IMG/VR virus record: IMGVR_UViG_2600255040_000002
Span: 6,043-70,042 of that record
Strand: one strand, 5' to 3'
From: a virus
Taxonomy: Duplodnaviria; Caudoviricetes
DNA length: 64,000 nucleotides
The notes below the pieces were generated by a model that saw nothing but the letters and a program-made list of their open reading frames with translations, was not told the DNA's origin and made no database searches. This document shows, piece after piece, positions 1 to 8,105 of this stretch. Position 1 is the first letter of the stretch, and each line of letters opens with the position of its first letter. A program made the translations under genes and the position numbers.

Positions 1-1
1 T

Positions 2-220
2 TGGATTGGTATTGTTTGTACAGAATGCAAACTAAAATCTGTTTCAGAAAAGTATCTCGTTGAAATCGGAAAAAACAAAAATGGCGACTTTGAAATAAAA
101 CACGATGAGAGGCCGATTGCCAGGTTAGATTGGAATACCAGGGCAAAAATCCTTGAAAAAATATTGAACGAGAGGACATTAAAGGAGATGCTGGATGAAC
201 ACTTATTTGATGGGGACTGA
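2..220 (+). CDS. Partial small phage protein, Lar/restriction-alleviation-like C-terminus
   Basis: Open frame 2 from the window edge; CTEC and WNTRA motifs; stop at 218-220. Confidence 0.55.
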   Translation, partial: WIGIVCTECKLKSVSEKYLVEIGKNKNGDFEIKHDERPIARLDWNTRAKILEKILNERTLKEMLDEHLFDGD

Positions 221-292
221 CGCCCGCCTCGCCTGGAACACCCGCGCACCGATTCTGAGCGCGGAGGAGATGGAGATGCTGGAGGAGCTGGA

Positions 293-544
293 ATGAAGAA
301 CCCGGGAGAATATGTTGACATTGGGGACCCAGCCTTGCAAGTCAGAACAGACGAGGATGGAAACACCGTGGCCTCTGCAACGATACAGGCGGTTGTCCTC
401 TGGAAAGAAGATATCAAAAACTACATCATGGACGAGGTCATCAAGATGTGCAAGGAGCACGGAATTACGGACCTGTATGTGCTGAACCGGGATTTCATCC
501 TGTCAGCCGTTAAAGAGAAGATGGAAAGGGAGGCCCAACTATGA
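293..544 (+). CDS. Hypothetical phage protein
   Basis: GGAG RBS, coupled to next gene. Confidence 0.75.
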   Translation: MKNPGEYVDIGDPALQVRTDEDGNTVASATIQAVVLWKEDIKNYIMDEVIKMCKEHGITDLYVLNRDFILSAVKEKMEREAQL

Positions 545-918
545 AGCTGGAAGAAGCGATAGTCTATTTTGAGTCGTTGCTGAAACGTTTTGAAGAAATG
601 CGCGAGACCGAAACATCCTACTGGGGAAAGGTACACACTGAAACAACCATAGAGGCTATACGTACTGCCCTCGCCGCCCTCCGCCCTGTCAGCCGGGAGC
701 GGGTGGAGAAGGTGTTTCCGGGGTGTCCTTATTGCAAGCCAGATTCTGAGGGATATGTGCAAAAATTTGGGGCATACAGCATCCTGAACGGGGAATTGAA
801 AACAGGGCACTGTAAGCCACAGAAAATCGGTTTTTGCCCGCATTGTTCCCGCCCGCTGACAGACGAGGCCGTGGAGATGGTGATGAAAAGGATGGAGGTC
901 CTGAACGATGCGGATTGA
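541..918 (+). CDS. Hypothetical phage protein with two CxxC motifs
   Basis: CPYC and CPHC; ATGA overlap with upstream gene. Confidence 0.8.
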   Translation: MKLEEAIVYFESLLKRFEEMRETETSYWGKVHTETTIEAIRTALAALRPVSRERVEKVFPGCPYCKPDSEGYVQKFGAYSILNGELKTGHCKPQKIGFCPHCSRPLTDEAVEMVMKRMEVLNDAD

Positions 919-1141
919 GCGCAATCGCTATGTGGTCATGCGGAAAAACAGAACAGAGGTCTGGTGCGGTCTAGCAAAGCATTTTAGTTTTCGCCCCATA
1001 TCGGAAATAAAAGACGTTTCCGTCAAGACCTATCGTTCTGAGACGCAGGCTAGAAGCGGATGTTCTTCGTGGGATAGAGACTTTGAAGTCGTTCCGGTAA
1101 TCGAGATGATTGCGACTGAGGAGGCGCTGAAAGATGCGTAA
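908..1141 (+). CDS. Hypothetical phage protein
   Basis: GGAGG RBS, overlapping operon layout. Confidence 0.75.
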   Translation: MRIERNRYVVMRKNRTEVWCGLAKHFSFRPISEIKDVSVKTYRSETQARSGCSSWDRDFEVVPVIEMIATEEALKDA

Positions 1142-1325
1142 AGGCTTAGTTATTGTAATTGGCTTGATTGTTGGCTACGCAATAAGTTGGGCATTTACAG
1201 TCGGGATTATCAAACTCATTACAATGTGCTTTTCCATCCGGTTTTCTTTGCCTGCCGCCACTGGAATATGGCTGATTCTGTGGCTGCTGAAATTTGTTTT
1301 TCATAAATCGGAAGGGAGGCGCTGA
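1134..1325 (+). CDS. Small two-TM membrane protein
   Basis: Two hydrophobic stretches; GAGGAGG RBS. Confidence 0.75.
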   Translation: MRKGLVIVIGLIVGYAISWAFTVGIIKLITMCFSIRFSLPAATGIWLILWLLKFVFHKSEGRR

Positions 1326-1328
1326 AAG

Positions 1329-1685
1329 ATGGCAAGGCCGATTGACTGTAAGAAGTGCTTGCACGAAAAGGTGTGTGCTCTATGGACGCGTCAAGAGTCG
1401 CAGGACGCAAGCTGTTTCTGCCAAGATGGGTGCGACTATTTTGCGCCCACCCTCACCCCGTCGAACGAGTGGGTGAGCGTGGAAAATGCCATGCCGCCAG
1501 AGGATGAGACAGTGCTGTGTATCGTGAGCGGGAAGCCGAAGCCGAATATCGCGCTGGAGGACGCATATCAGCTTGGATCATGGGACAAGGATGACAGGTG
1601 GATCATCGATGAATATCTGGATTGGGAAGATGCTGATGTATCTTGGTGGATGCCCCTCCCGGAACCGCCTGGAAAGGAGGGGTGA
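1329..1685 (+). CDS. DUF551-like phage protein
   Basis: EWVSVE...WWMPLPEPP signature. Confidence 0.75.
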   Translation: MARPIDCKKCLHEKVCALWTRQESQDASCFCQDGCDYFAPTLTPSNEWVSVENAMPPEDETVLCIVSGKPKPNIALEDAYQLGSWDKDDRWIIDEYLDWEDADVSWWMPLPEPPGKEG

Positions 1686-1687
1686 GG

Positions 1688-2002
1688 ATGGACAGACAAC
1701 AGGCTGTAACGATTTTGGAGCGGAAAACCACCATCCCCGGTGATGGATACACCTGGGAGCAAATCAATGAGGCCATCGACATGGCAATCTCCGCCCTGTC
1801 CCGGCCGAACGAGCCGTTGACCATCGAGCAGCTGCGGGAGATGGGAGGACAACCGTATTGGCATGTTGGGTTACGAAAAGAAAGCACCCCGCCACATTGG
1901 AATATCCTTGATCCGTTTTATGCAAAGCATATCGAGGATTACAGATACGGCGAGAACTGGCTCGCCTACCGCCGCCCGCTGGAGGGAGAGGAGGACACCT
2001 GA
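1688..2002 (+). CDS. Hypothetical phage protein (homolog of 45771-46118)
   Basis: ATG after AAGGAGG; N-terminus nearly identical to the prophage 2 gene. Confidence 0.8.
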   Translation: MDRQQAVTILERKTTIPGDGYTWEQINEAIDMAISALSRPNEPLTIEQLREMGGQPYWHVGLRKESTPPHWNILDPFYAKHIEDYRYGENWLAYRRPLEGEEDT

Positions 2003-2238
2003 TGGACATTTCTGGGACAAATATAAAGCATATCACTATGTTTGACCGACAGTATACGCCGGAAAAGCAAGCAGAGGGGCTGGCGATCTCACAGGCCATT
2101 GTATACGGGCATTGTGATAAGTGCGGCTTCCTTTCCCAGTGTTCCACCAAAGGGGAGGCATTCCGGTTTCCTGTGTTTGCGTGGTGTATGCGTCGCAAAG
2201 CAGAAATCCTTGCAGATATGCGGAAGGAGACCACCTGA
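2002..2238 (+). CDS. Hypothetical phage protein
   Basis: TGATG coupling at both ends; CxxC. Confidence 0.75.
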   Translation: MDISGTNIKHITMFDRQYTPEKQAEGLAISQAIVYGHCDKCGFLSQCSTKGEAFRFPVFAWCMRRKAEILADMRKETT

Positions 2239-2687
2239 TGGACATTGAGAAGTTGATTGAGCGGCTGAAACATGACTACCACGGGTACAGTACGGTGGAG
2301 AACAACCCGGAGGAGACGTTTCATGATATGGTGGAGTGCTTGACCGCCCTCTCCACGCTCCAGGCCGAAAACGAGCAGCTGCGGGCCGAGCTGGAACAGG
2401 CCAGGGCAGAGATCGCCCGTCTGAAACACTATGAGGATAAGTGCCACGACTGCCCTATCGTCTGTGCTAAAACGGAAATCATCAAGGCGCACGAGGAGTT
2501 GGAAGCCATACAAGCCGAGCTGGAGCAGGTGAAGTGGGAGAAGGATGCGGCGGTAAACGATTTGCAGTGTATAAAATCCTGTGCAGTCTGCAAACATTGC
2601 GACAGTCTGCAAACGCCAATCCCTGAAATATGCAAGAAATGCTCTCACGGGGAGAACTGGGATTGGCGCGGCCCGAAGGAGGACTGA
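2238..2687 (+). CDS. Hypothetical coiled-coil/Cys-rich phage protein
   Basis: ATG after AAGGAG; STLQAENEQLRAELE linker. Confidence 0.75.
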   Translation: MDIEKLIERLKHDYHGYSTVENNPEETFHDMVECLTALSTLQAENEQLRAELEQARAEIARLKHYEDKCHDCPIVCAKTEIIKAHEELEAIQAELEQVKWEKDAAVNDLQCIKSCAVCKHCDSLQTPIPEICKKCSHGENWDWRGPKED

Positions 2688-2688
2688 C

Positions 2689-2940
2689 ATGAAGCAGTTT
2701 TCCATTATGGATGGAGATATGTTCTTCCAGCGTTTGGAGCCAAACGAGAAGTATGTGCTAGCTGGTCGGGCAATTCAGACCGATTTGCACAGTTACAGCG
2801 AGTACACGCCGGTTTTTGGGCATGACCCGAAATGGTTTGATTCCAGAACCGCAACCGCGTATTTGGCTGGTCTTGTTGAGCATCTGAGGTGGGATGGAGA
2901 CAGATACCACGCCTATGCGCTGATCTGTAAGGAGGAATGA
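2689..2940 (+). CDS. Hypothetical phage protein
   Basis: ATG after GGAGG. Confidence 0.7.
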   Translation: MKQFSIMDGDMFFQRLEPNEKYVLAGRAIQTDLHSYSEYTPVFGHDPKWFDSRTATAYLAGLVEHLRWDGDRYHAYALICKEE

Positions 2941-3449
2941 GTATGGAACGGATGACCAAGAAAGAACAGCTTGCCGGTCGTACTGTAAATTACATCGGAG
3001 AAGATGATTGCTTTGATGTATGGAGTGTACCAAAAAAGTTTATGGGAAACGCTGTTGACCGCCTCGCCGCCTACGAGGACACGGGGGTGGAGCCGGAGGA
3101 GATTGCTCGTATACTGGATGCTTATGGGCGCGGAATGACTCTGCGAACAGAGAACGCTCAAAGATTGGAAATCGTAAAGGGCATCCAAACTGACCGCCTC
3201 CGCGAACTGGCCCAGGCGGACAGGGAGGGGCGGTGCGTGGTGCTGCCTGCGACACCAGACCAAATTATTTATCGGTGGCGCAAAGGTGATGATTGCCCGA
3301 GCGTAAGCCGTCTTGATGGCGTACAAATTAACGCAGATGGAGAGATTACATATCCGATTTGGAACGGTTATTTGATACCTGAAGATTTCGGAAAAACCGT
3401 TTTCCTGACCCGTGAGGAAGCCGAACTACGGAGGGAGCAGGATGGTTGA
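2937..3449 (+). CDS. Hypothetical phage protein (RLAAYEDTG family)
   Basis: Motif common in Firmicute phage early genes. Confidence 0.8.
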   Translation: MSMERMTKKEQLAGRTVNYIGEDDCFDVWSVPKKFMGNAVDRLAAYEDTGVEPEEIARILDAYGRGMTLRTENAQRLEIVKGIQTDRLRELAQADREGRCVVLPATPDQIIYRWRKGDDCPSVSRLDGVQINADGEITYPIWNGYLIPEDFGKTVFLTREEAELRREQDG

Positions 3450-3825
3450 TTGGAAAGTCATAAAAAGACTTGGGATATGTTTCCTTGGGTGGTTTATCAA
3501 TAATCAGGGTGAGTTTATTGCCCACCAAAAGGCGAACGTATATTTTAATATCAGCACTTGTGATAGTGAGATGGATGTAAAGTGCAAGGTGTTGGAGTGG
3601 TTTTCCCGCCCAGCTTGTAAGTCCACGCCGTTCCGCCGTGCAGTGGACAATACGGCCCTTCATATTTTCTTCCTGAATGGTATAAATCAATACCTTGACA
3701 CTAGGTTCAACGTGGAGGATATGCGGGAGATTTACACTTATCTCGGGAACGCTTGCAACCATCAAAAAACGATCCAATTTATAGAGAGCGGCTATGATAT
3801 GGCCGTATTGGAGGAAGAGGAATGA
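3442..3825 (+). CDS. Hypothetical phage protein
   Basis: ATG after GGAG, coupled ends. Confidence 0.75.
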   Translation: MVDWKVIKRLGICFLGWFINNQGEFIAHQKANVYFNISTCDSEMDVKCKVLEWFSRPACKSTPFRRAVDNTALHIFFLNGINQYLDTRFNVEDMREIYTYLGNACNHQKTIQFIESGYDMAVLEEEE

Positions 3826-4136
3826 AGGAGTACATCACAAAGGCGAAAGTCATTGAAGCGATTGAGAAAGCTGTTGCTCCAGAAATTACTACCATAGGAG
3901 ACTATGAAACTATTGGGGTATTCACAAGAGAATCTATTAAACGGATTGTATCCAACCTCACCGCCGCCGACGTTGCGGAGGTGCGGCACGGGGAGTGGAG
4001 ATATTACCACAAGCAAAACAAAGCGGTTTGCACGAATTGCAGCTTTGAGCGTGACCTTGATACCGATTTTGGGAGAGCTGTTGCTTGCCCCAACTGCGGC
4101 GCTCGCATGGACGAGGAGGAGGCAAATGAAAGATAG
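3822..4136 (+). CDS. Hypothetical phage protein with C-terminal zinc ribbon
   Basis: ADVAEVRHGEW...CTNC...CPNCGARMD. Confidence 0.8.
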   Translation: MKEYITKAKVIEAIEKAVAPEITTIGDYETIGVFTRESIKRIVSNLTAADVAEVRHGEWRYYHKQNKAVCTNCSFERDLDTDFGRAVACPNCGARMDEEEANER

Positions 4137-4368
4137 ACTTGGAAATTTACTCAACATTGGCGATAGATGTGTTTGTTATAACACGATGAGGACTGGCAGC
4201 AGCACTACGAGACTTGTGCAGTACGAGGCTATAATCATTGGTTTTACAAAAAAGAGCATCCGGGTTAAATGTGTGGACTGTTGTTATTCTCATCGAGTCG
4301 GTGACGAATTGCTTTGCGGCGCAGATAACATTTTCAAGCTAAGAGGTGACGAGCATGAGGCTGGGTGA
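4126..4368 (+). CDS. Hypothetical phage protein
   Basis: ATG after GGAGGAGG. Confidence 0.7.
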   Translation: MKDRLGNLLNIGDRCVCYNTMRTGSSTTRLVQYEAIIIGFTKKSIRVKCVDCCYSHRVGDELLCGADNIFKLRGDEHEAG

Positions 4369-4603
4369 TTTAGGCCGTATCGCGCAAGATGGACAGGTCG
4401 TAATTTTGCTGGAGAATGCACCTACCATCGACGCCGTGCCTGTGGTCAGGTGTAAGGAATGTATCTACTACAAAATCTGCGATGAATGGGAAACTGGCAA
4501 GCGGATGCTATGCGAAATCCATCATCACTCATACTTAGACCACGACGGAGACGAGCATTTTTGCTCTTTGGGCCAGCGAAAGGAGGCTGGCCATGAGCAG
4601 TGA
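4355..4603 (+). CDS. Hypothetical phage protein (PTIDAVPVVRCKEC family)
   Basis: Conserved Cys motif. Confidence 0.75.
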   Translation: MRLGDLGRIAQDGQVVILLENAPTIDAVPVVRCKECIYYKICDEWETGKRMLCEIHHHSYLDHDGDEHFCSLGQRKEAGHEQ

Positions 4604-4679
4604 ACTATGGCTTGGCTATGTGGCCGGTGCGCTGACCTTCGGCTGGCTGCTGCCGTGGATTGGGAGGAAAATCAAATGA
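4593..4679 (+). CDS. 28-aa hydrophobic peptide
   Basis: AAGGAGG RBS; MSSELWLGYVAGALTFGWLLPWIGRKIK; overlaps both neighbours. Confidence 0.55.
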   Translation: MSSELWLGYVAGALTFGWLLPWIGRKIK

Positions 4680-5365
4680 AGTTTCGGAGTAAGACGGGGG
4701 AAGTGCTTGAAATTCTGTCTAAATGGGACTTTTTCTATGGGCAACGGGCCGGGAGAGAGTTTTGGGCAGATAAGCCAAGAGACGTGCAAGACCAAGACAT
4801 AGCCGATTTTAGCCGGGATATGGAGACGATAACAAGCTGGGTCCAAGAAGCCGCCCGCCTGATGGGCTATGAGGTGGTGGAGGATGATGAACCACGCACT
4901 TGTTTTAACTGCATTGGGTGTGAAATTGAGAAGGACTTTGACCCGCAGGAAGGGTGCAAAAATTGGGTGAAAAGGAAGGAGACCCACATGGACAAGCCGT
5001 TGAAGGACTGGACACTGGGGGAACTGAAAGAGTGGTGCTATCAATACGGAAAGGCCCACACAAATAATCCGTGCGAACAGAAATGCCCTATCTATCAGAG
5101 AGGAATTTGCTGTCGTGAATGGGTACATGAGTGGGACTTGGAAGGAAAGCCCCGCTGGACGGAGCAGGAGGTGGAGATGGCGAAGGCTATCAAGGAGATT
5201 TTCCCGGATGCTTATAAACTCGCAAGGAACCTCTCAGCCATTGCGATTTATGGTGTAGAAGATGACATCTCATTTTACCTTGCTACCATTCAAGCTGAAC
5301 GTTTCCCCTCTCTCCGCCCCGGCGAAACTGTCACCCTTGACGAGATCATCGGAGGTGCCCAATGA
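4676..5365 (+). CDS. Mosaic hypothetical phage protein
   Basis: ATG after GGAGG; several short Cys-rich modules. Confidence 0.75.
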   Translation: MKFRSKTGEVLEILSKWDFFYGQRAGREFWADKPRDVQDQDIADFSRDMETITSWVQEAARLMGYEVVEDDEPRTCFNCIGCEIEKDFDPQEGCKNWVKRKETHMDKPLKDWTLGELKEWCYQYGKAHTNNPCEQKCPIYQRGICCREWVHEWDLEGKPRWTEQEVEMAKAIKEIFPDAYKLARNLSAIAIYGVEDDISFYLATIQAERFPSLRPGETVTLDEIIGGAQ

Positions 5366-5763
5366 GAGAAATCCTTTTCAAAGCCAAGCGGCTGGATAAT
5401 GGAGAGTGGGTGGAGGGGTGGTACTGTGAGTATCCATTTAGACGATGGCCGCTTAAACCGACAATTATTCCTGCCCAATTGGCTATTGATGGAACCTTTG
5501 AATTTGTCGATGTTGACCCCTCCACGGTCGGCCAGTACACCGGCCTGAAAGATAAGAATGGGAAGCGGATTTTTGAGGGAGACATCATCCGCTGGACGGA
5601 CTGGAAGGGCGAACAAAAAGAAGCCCCTGTATGCTATGACCCAGAGTGGAATAGATTTTGCGTTTGGCTGAATGGCGCTGAAAGTATGGGCGTAAATAAG
5701 CATCTTTCAACTGGCGGAATTGAGATCATCAACTCCATCCACGACGGGGAGGGAGGACAATGA
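5362..5763 (+). CDS. YopX family protein
   Basis: MREILFKAKRLDNGEWVEG...VGQYTGLKDKNGKRIFEGDII. Confidence 0.9.
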   Translation: MREILFKAKRLDNGEWVEGWYCEYPFRRWPLKPTIIPAQLAIDGTFEFVDVDPSTVGQYTGLKDKNGKRIFEGDIIRWTDWKGEQKEAPVCYDPEWNRFCVWLNGAESMGVNKHLSTGGIEIINSIHDGEGGQ

Positions 5764-6062
5764 AGTGCGAGAAATGCGGAAAGGAAATCGGGAATCTGTT
5801 GGTTGATACTTTCCTCCGAGATGGAAGCGACACTGACATTGAACAGCCTATCGTTGAATGTGAGCACAATGCCGCCTACATCGAAACAACACAGAATTGG
5901 ACAGGCTATGATCTGTCAGAAGAAGAAATGTTCGAAACGATAACCTGCCCGCACTGCAAGCAGTTCCCATTCAAAAGTACAGAGATACAGGTCTATGATG
6001 TGGTGCGGGTTGTCTGCTTCAAGACGGAAGAGAGAGGACGGCATGAGGGAGGTAAACAATGA
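5760..6062 (+). CDS. Hypothetical zinc-binding phage protein
   Basis: CEKC, CPHC. Confidence 0.75.
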   Translation: MKCEKCGKEIGNLLVDTFLRDGSDTDIEQPIVECEHNAAYIETTQNWTGYDLSEEEMFETITCPHCKQFPFKSTEIQVYDVVRVVCFKTEERGRHEGGKQ

Positions 6063-6235
6063 CTGAAACCGAAGTGATCTCCATTGATCGTCACGGCCAG
6101 CGGAAGGAGTATCCGTCGATCAAATCTGCCGCAGAGGATGTTGGTGTTCGCCCCTGCCGGATTTCTACCGCCTGCGTTACCGCCCACCGCTGCGCGGGAC
6201 GGTATTGGATCAAGAAGGAGGATATGGATGGGTGA
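6059..6235 (+). CDS. Small NUMOD1/IENR1-like HTH protein
   Basis: YPSIKSAAEDVG...ISTACVT..RCAGRYW; homologous to the C-terminus of 44967-45296. Confidence 0.65.
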   Translation: MTETEVISIDRHGQRKEYPSIKSAAEDVGVRPCRISTACVTAHRCAGRYWIKKEDMDG

Positions 6236-6458
6236 GTTCCCGGAAAGGCTGAGAAAGTTGCGGGAGTCCATGCGGCCGGTGCGGAGCATGACGGTTACAT
6301 CACAGCTGATGGGGTTGCATCCGGATATGTTGAGAAGATATGAGCGGGGAGAGGTAGAGCCGTCTATGGATGCCCTATATAAAATCGCAGATTATTATGG
6401 GGTCAGTACAGACTATCTGCTTGGGAGAACCAACTTCCCGTTTGTACATAGAGTATAA
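6228..6458 (+). CDS. XRE-family HTH regulator (candidate late regulator)
   Basis: RLRKLRE...RRYERGEVEPSMDALYKIADYYGVSTDYLLGR; last gene before the packaging leader. Confidence 0.85.
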   Translation: MGEFPERLRKLRESMRPVRSMTVTSQLMGLHPDMLRRYERGEVEPSMDALYKIADYYGVSTDYLLGRTNFPFVHRV

Positions 6459-6490
6459 TCTTTCATCTTCACAAAAAACCCGGACAATGG

Positions 6491-6533
6491 TTCCCACAAA
6501 AGTGGGAATTAAAATTGAAGACTATGCGACAAT
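6491..6533 (+). promoter_or_regulatory. Candidate late promoter: palindrome TTCCCAC-N4-GTGGGAA plus extended -10-like TGCGACAAT
   Basis: Perfect 7-bp inverted repeat near the -35 position, directly after the XRE gene. Confidence 0.45.
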
Positions 6534-6534
6534 G

Positions 6535-7100
6535 GAGCATGAGGGAGTAACTTCCCCATGCTCCTTCTTTTTCCTCCCCTTTCGGGCTGTGTACCAACCA
6601 CGGCCCAAAGGACAACCCACTCCCCCGGCAGGAGTATCTAGTAAGCAGATATTAAACGGAAAGGAGAGCCTTTCTCGTATGTTTCCTGCCGGGGGACTCC
6701 CTTCATATATGCCGCAGCACGATGCAGCCCACAAATCAGGGCCGGAGGGTCGCGGCCTCCATGCGGCAGAGCCGACAGTCATAGTGTCGGGCAAAAAAGC
6801 GGTGGTAGCTATGACCTGCCCCGAAATGTATTGAGAGCTTACCGAGGGTTTAGATGCTCACAGGATGGTGACCGAATCCCAATTCCATCCACAACCGCAC
6901 TATCCTGCTGAAAACTACCGTAGGACAGTGAAACTCCGAATGGAATGTAGCTGACTGATTGATGGTGTGACAATCTAAGCGGGAAGCGCACATACGCCGC
7001 CCCGCAGTTGCACGAGACGGGGGCGGGAAGCTCAATATTGAGGGGTTACGCATGGCGGGGTAATCTCCCGCCGCCTCTCCTGACATATACAGAGGAGGGG
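6535..7100 (+). ncRNA. Highly structured non-coding region with serial hairpins and tRNA-like cloverleaves
   Basis: Stems at 6535-6564, 6584-6606, 6621-6696, 6710-6768, 6799-6899, 7054-7072; no convincing ORF. Confidence 0.55.
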
Positions 7101-7105
7101 CATAC

Positions 7106-7600
7106 ATGGAAAATGAAATTTGGAAAGATGTTGTTGGTCTGGAGGGGTTTTATAAAGTTTCAAATCTTGGAAGAGTGCTTAATGCCAATACAAAGAAAAT
7201 AAGAAAACTCGTAAAAGACAAAGACGGGTATTACCAACTTGTCCTTATGAAAAATGGGAAACGAGTTTATCCGAAAGTTCACAGGCTTGTCGCGGAAGCG
7301 TTTCTCAAAAATCCTGATTTACTTCCTGTCGTTAACCATAAAAATGAAAACAAAACAGATAACAGACCTGAAAATTTGGAATGGTGTACGACAGAATATA
7401 ATAATTCATATGGGAGCAGAGTCAGGGGCGTTTTGCAGTTCAATTTAGACGGTTCACTGGTAAAAAAATATCAATCTATTAGCAGTGCAGCTAAGGAAAA
7501 CAAAATGGACATCAAGACGCTCTACAGATGGTGCCAAAAAGTAGGTGGAATTGGGTGTGGATATAAATGGTATTTTGAAGACGAGATGATAGGTGGATGA
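7106..7600 (+). CDS. NUMOD4-HNH-NUMOD1 homing endonuclease (I-HmuI-like)
   Basis: EIWKDVVGLEGFYKVSNLGRV; VHRLVAEAFL; VNHKNENKTDN..ENLEW; AT-rich relative to flanks. Confidence 0.9.
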   Translation: MENEIWKDVVGLEGFYKVSNLGRVLNANTKKIRKLVKDKDGYYQLVLMKNGKRVYPKVHRLVAEAFLKNPDLLPVVNHKNENKTDNRPENLEWCTTEYNNSYGSRVRGVLQFNLDGSLVKKYQSISSAAKENKMDIKTLYRWCQKVGGIGCGYKWYFEDEMIGG

Positions 7601-7606
7601 AAAGCT

Positions 7607-8029
7607 ATGGCTGCACGGCTGACAGACAGGCAAAAGAAGAAAATCGTGGCTGATTATCTGGAATGCCAGTCGGTCAATCTCGCCGCCAAGAAAAACGGGG
7701 TTTCATGGGATAGCGCAAAGAAAGCCCTGGAAGAAGCCGGAGAAATTGAGAAAAAGCTAGAGCAAAAAAAAGAGGAGAACACCGCCGACATCCTAGCTTA
7801 CATGGAAAGCCAGAAGGGCCTTGTGTGTGAAATCATCGGTAAAGGGTTGGCTGCGCTCAACGACCCGGAGAAGCTGGCAGAGGCTACGCCCGCGCAAATC
7901 ACCACCGCGCTTGGGACGCTGATCGACAAATTCACGGCCTTTGGCGGCGGCCCAGGCGATACAGCCAAGGACGACGGATTGAGCCAGAGCCTGAGAGAAC
8001 TTGCGGAGGGGTTGGAAAGCGATGATTGA
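7607..8029 (+). CDS. terS: Terminase small subunit
   Basis: N-terminal HTH-like segment, position before TerL. Confidence 0.7.
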   Translation: MAARLTDRQKKKIVADYLECQSVNLAAKKNGVSWDSAKKALEEAGEIEKKLEQKKEENTADILAYMESQKGLVCEIIGKGLAALNDPEKLAEATPAQITTALGTLIDKFTAFGGGPGDTAKDDGLSQSLRELAEGLESDD

Positions 8030-8105
8030 TTTAATCAGGATTGGTTCGTGTGTTGCGCTTGGTGTGTGTATACGGCTATTGATTGAGAGGAACCACCGTG
8101 GTTAG
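8022..8105 (+). CDS. 27-aa hydrophobic peptide inserted between terS and terL
   Basis: GGAGGGG RBS, ATG overlapping terS end; MIDLIRIGSCVALGVCIRLLIERNHRG. Confidence 0.4.
   Translation: MIDLIRIGSCVALGVCIRLLIERNHRG

Noticed and set aside
6370-6834. 154-aa ORF over the structured region
   Set aside because: Overlaps the XRE gene out of frame, has no RBS or motifs; base-pairing explains the sequence better.
6905-6955. Hammerhead-like CTGAAAA...GAAAC...GTA
   Set aside because: Conserved G8 is missing, stem II does not close correctly and stem I cannot form.
6535-7600. Group I intron hosting the HNH gene
   Set aside because: No interrupted gene on either side and no recognisable P7/catalytic core.
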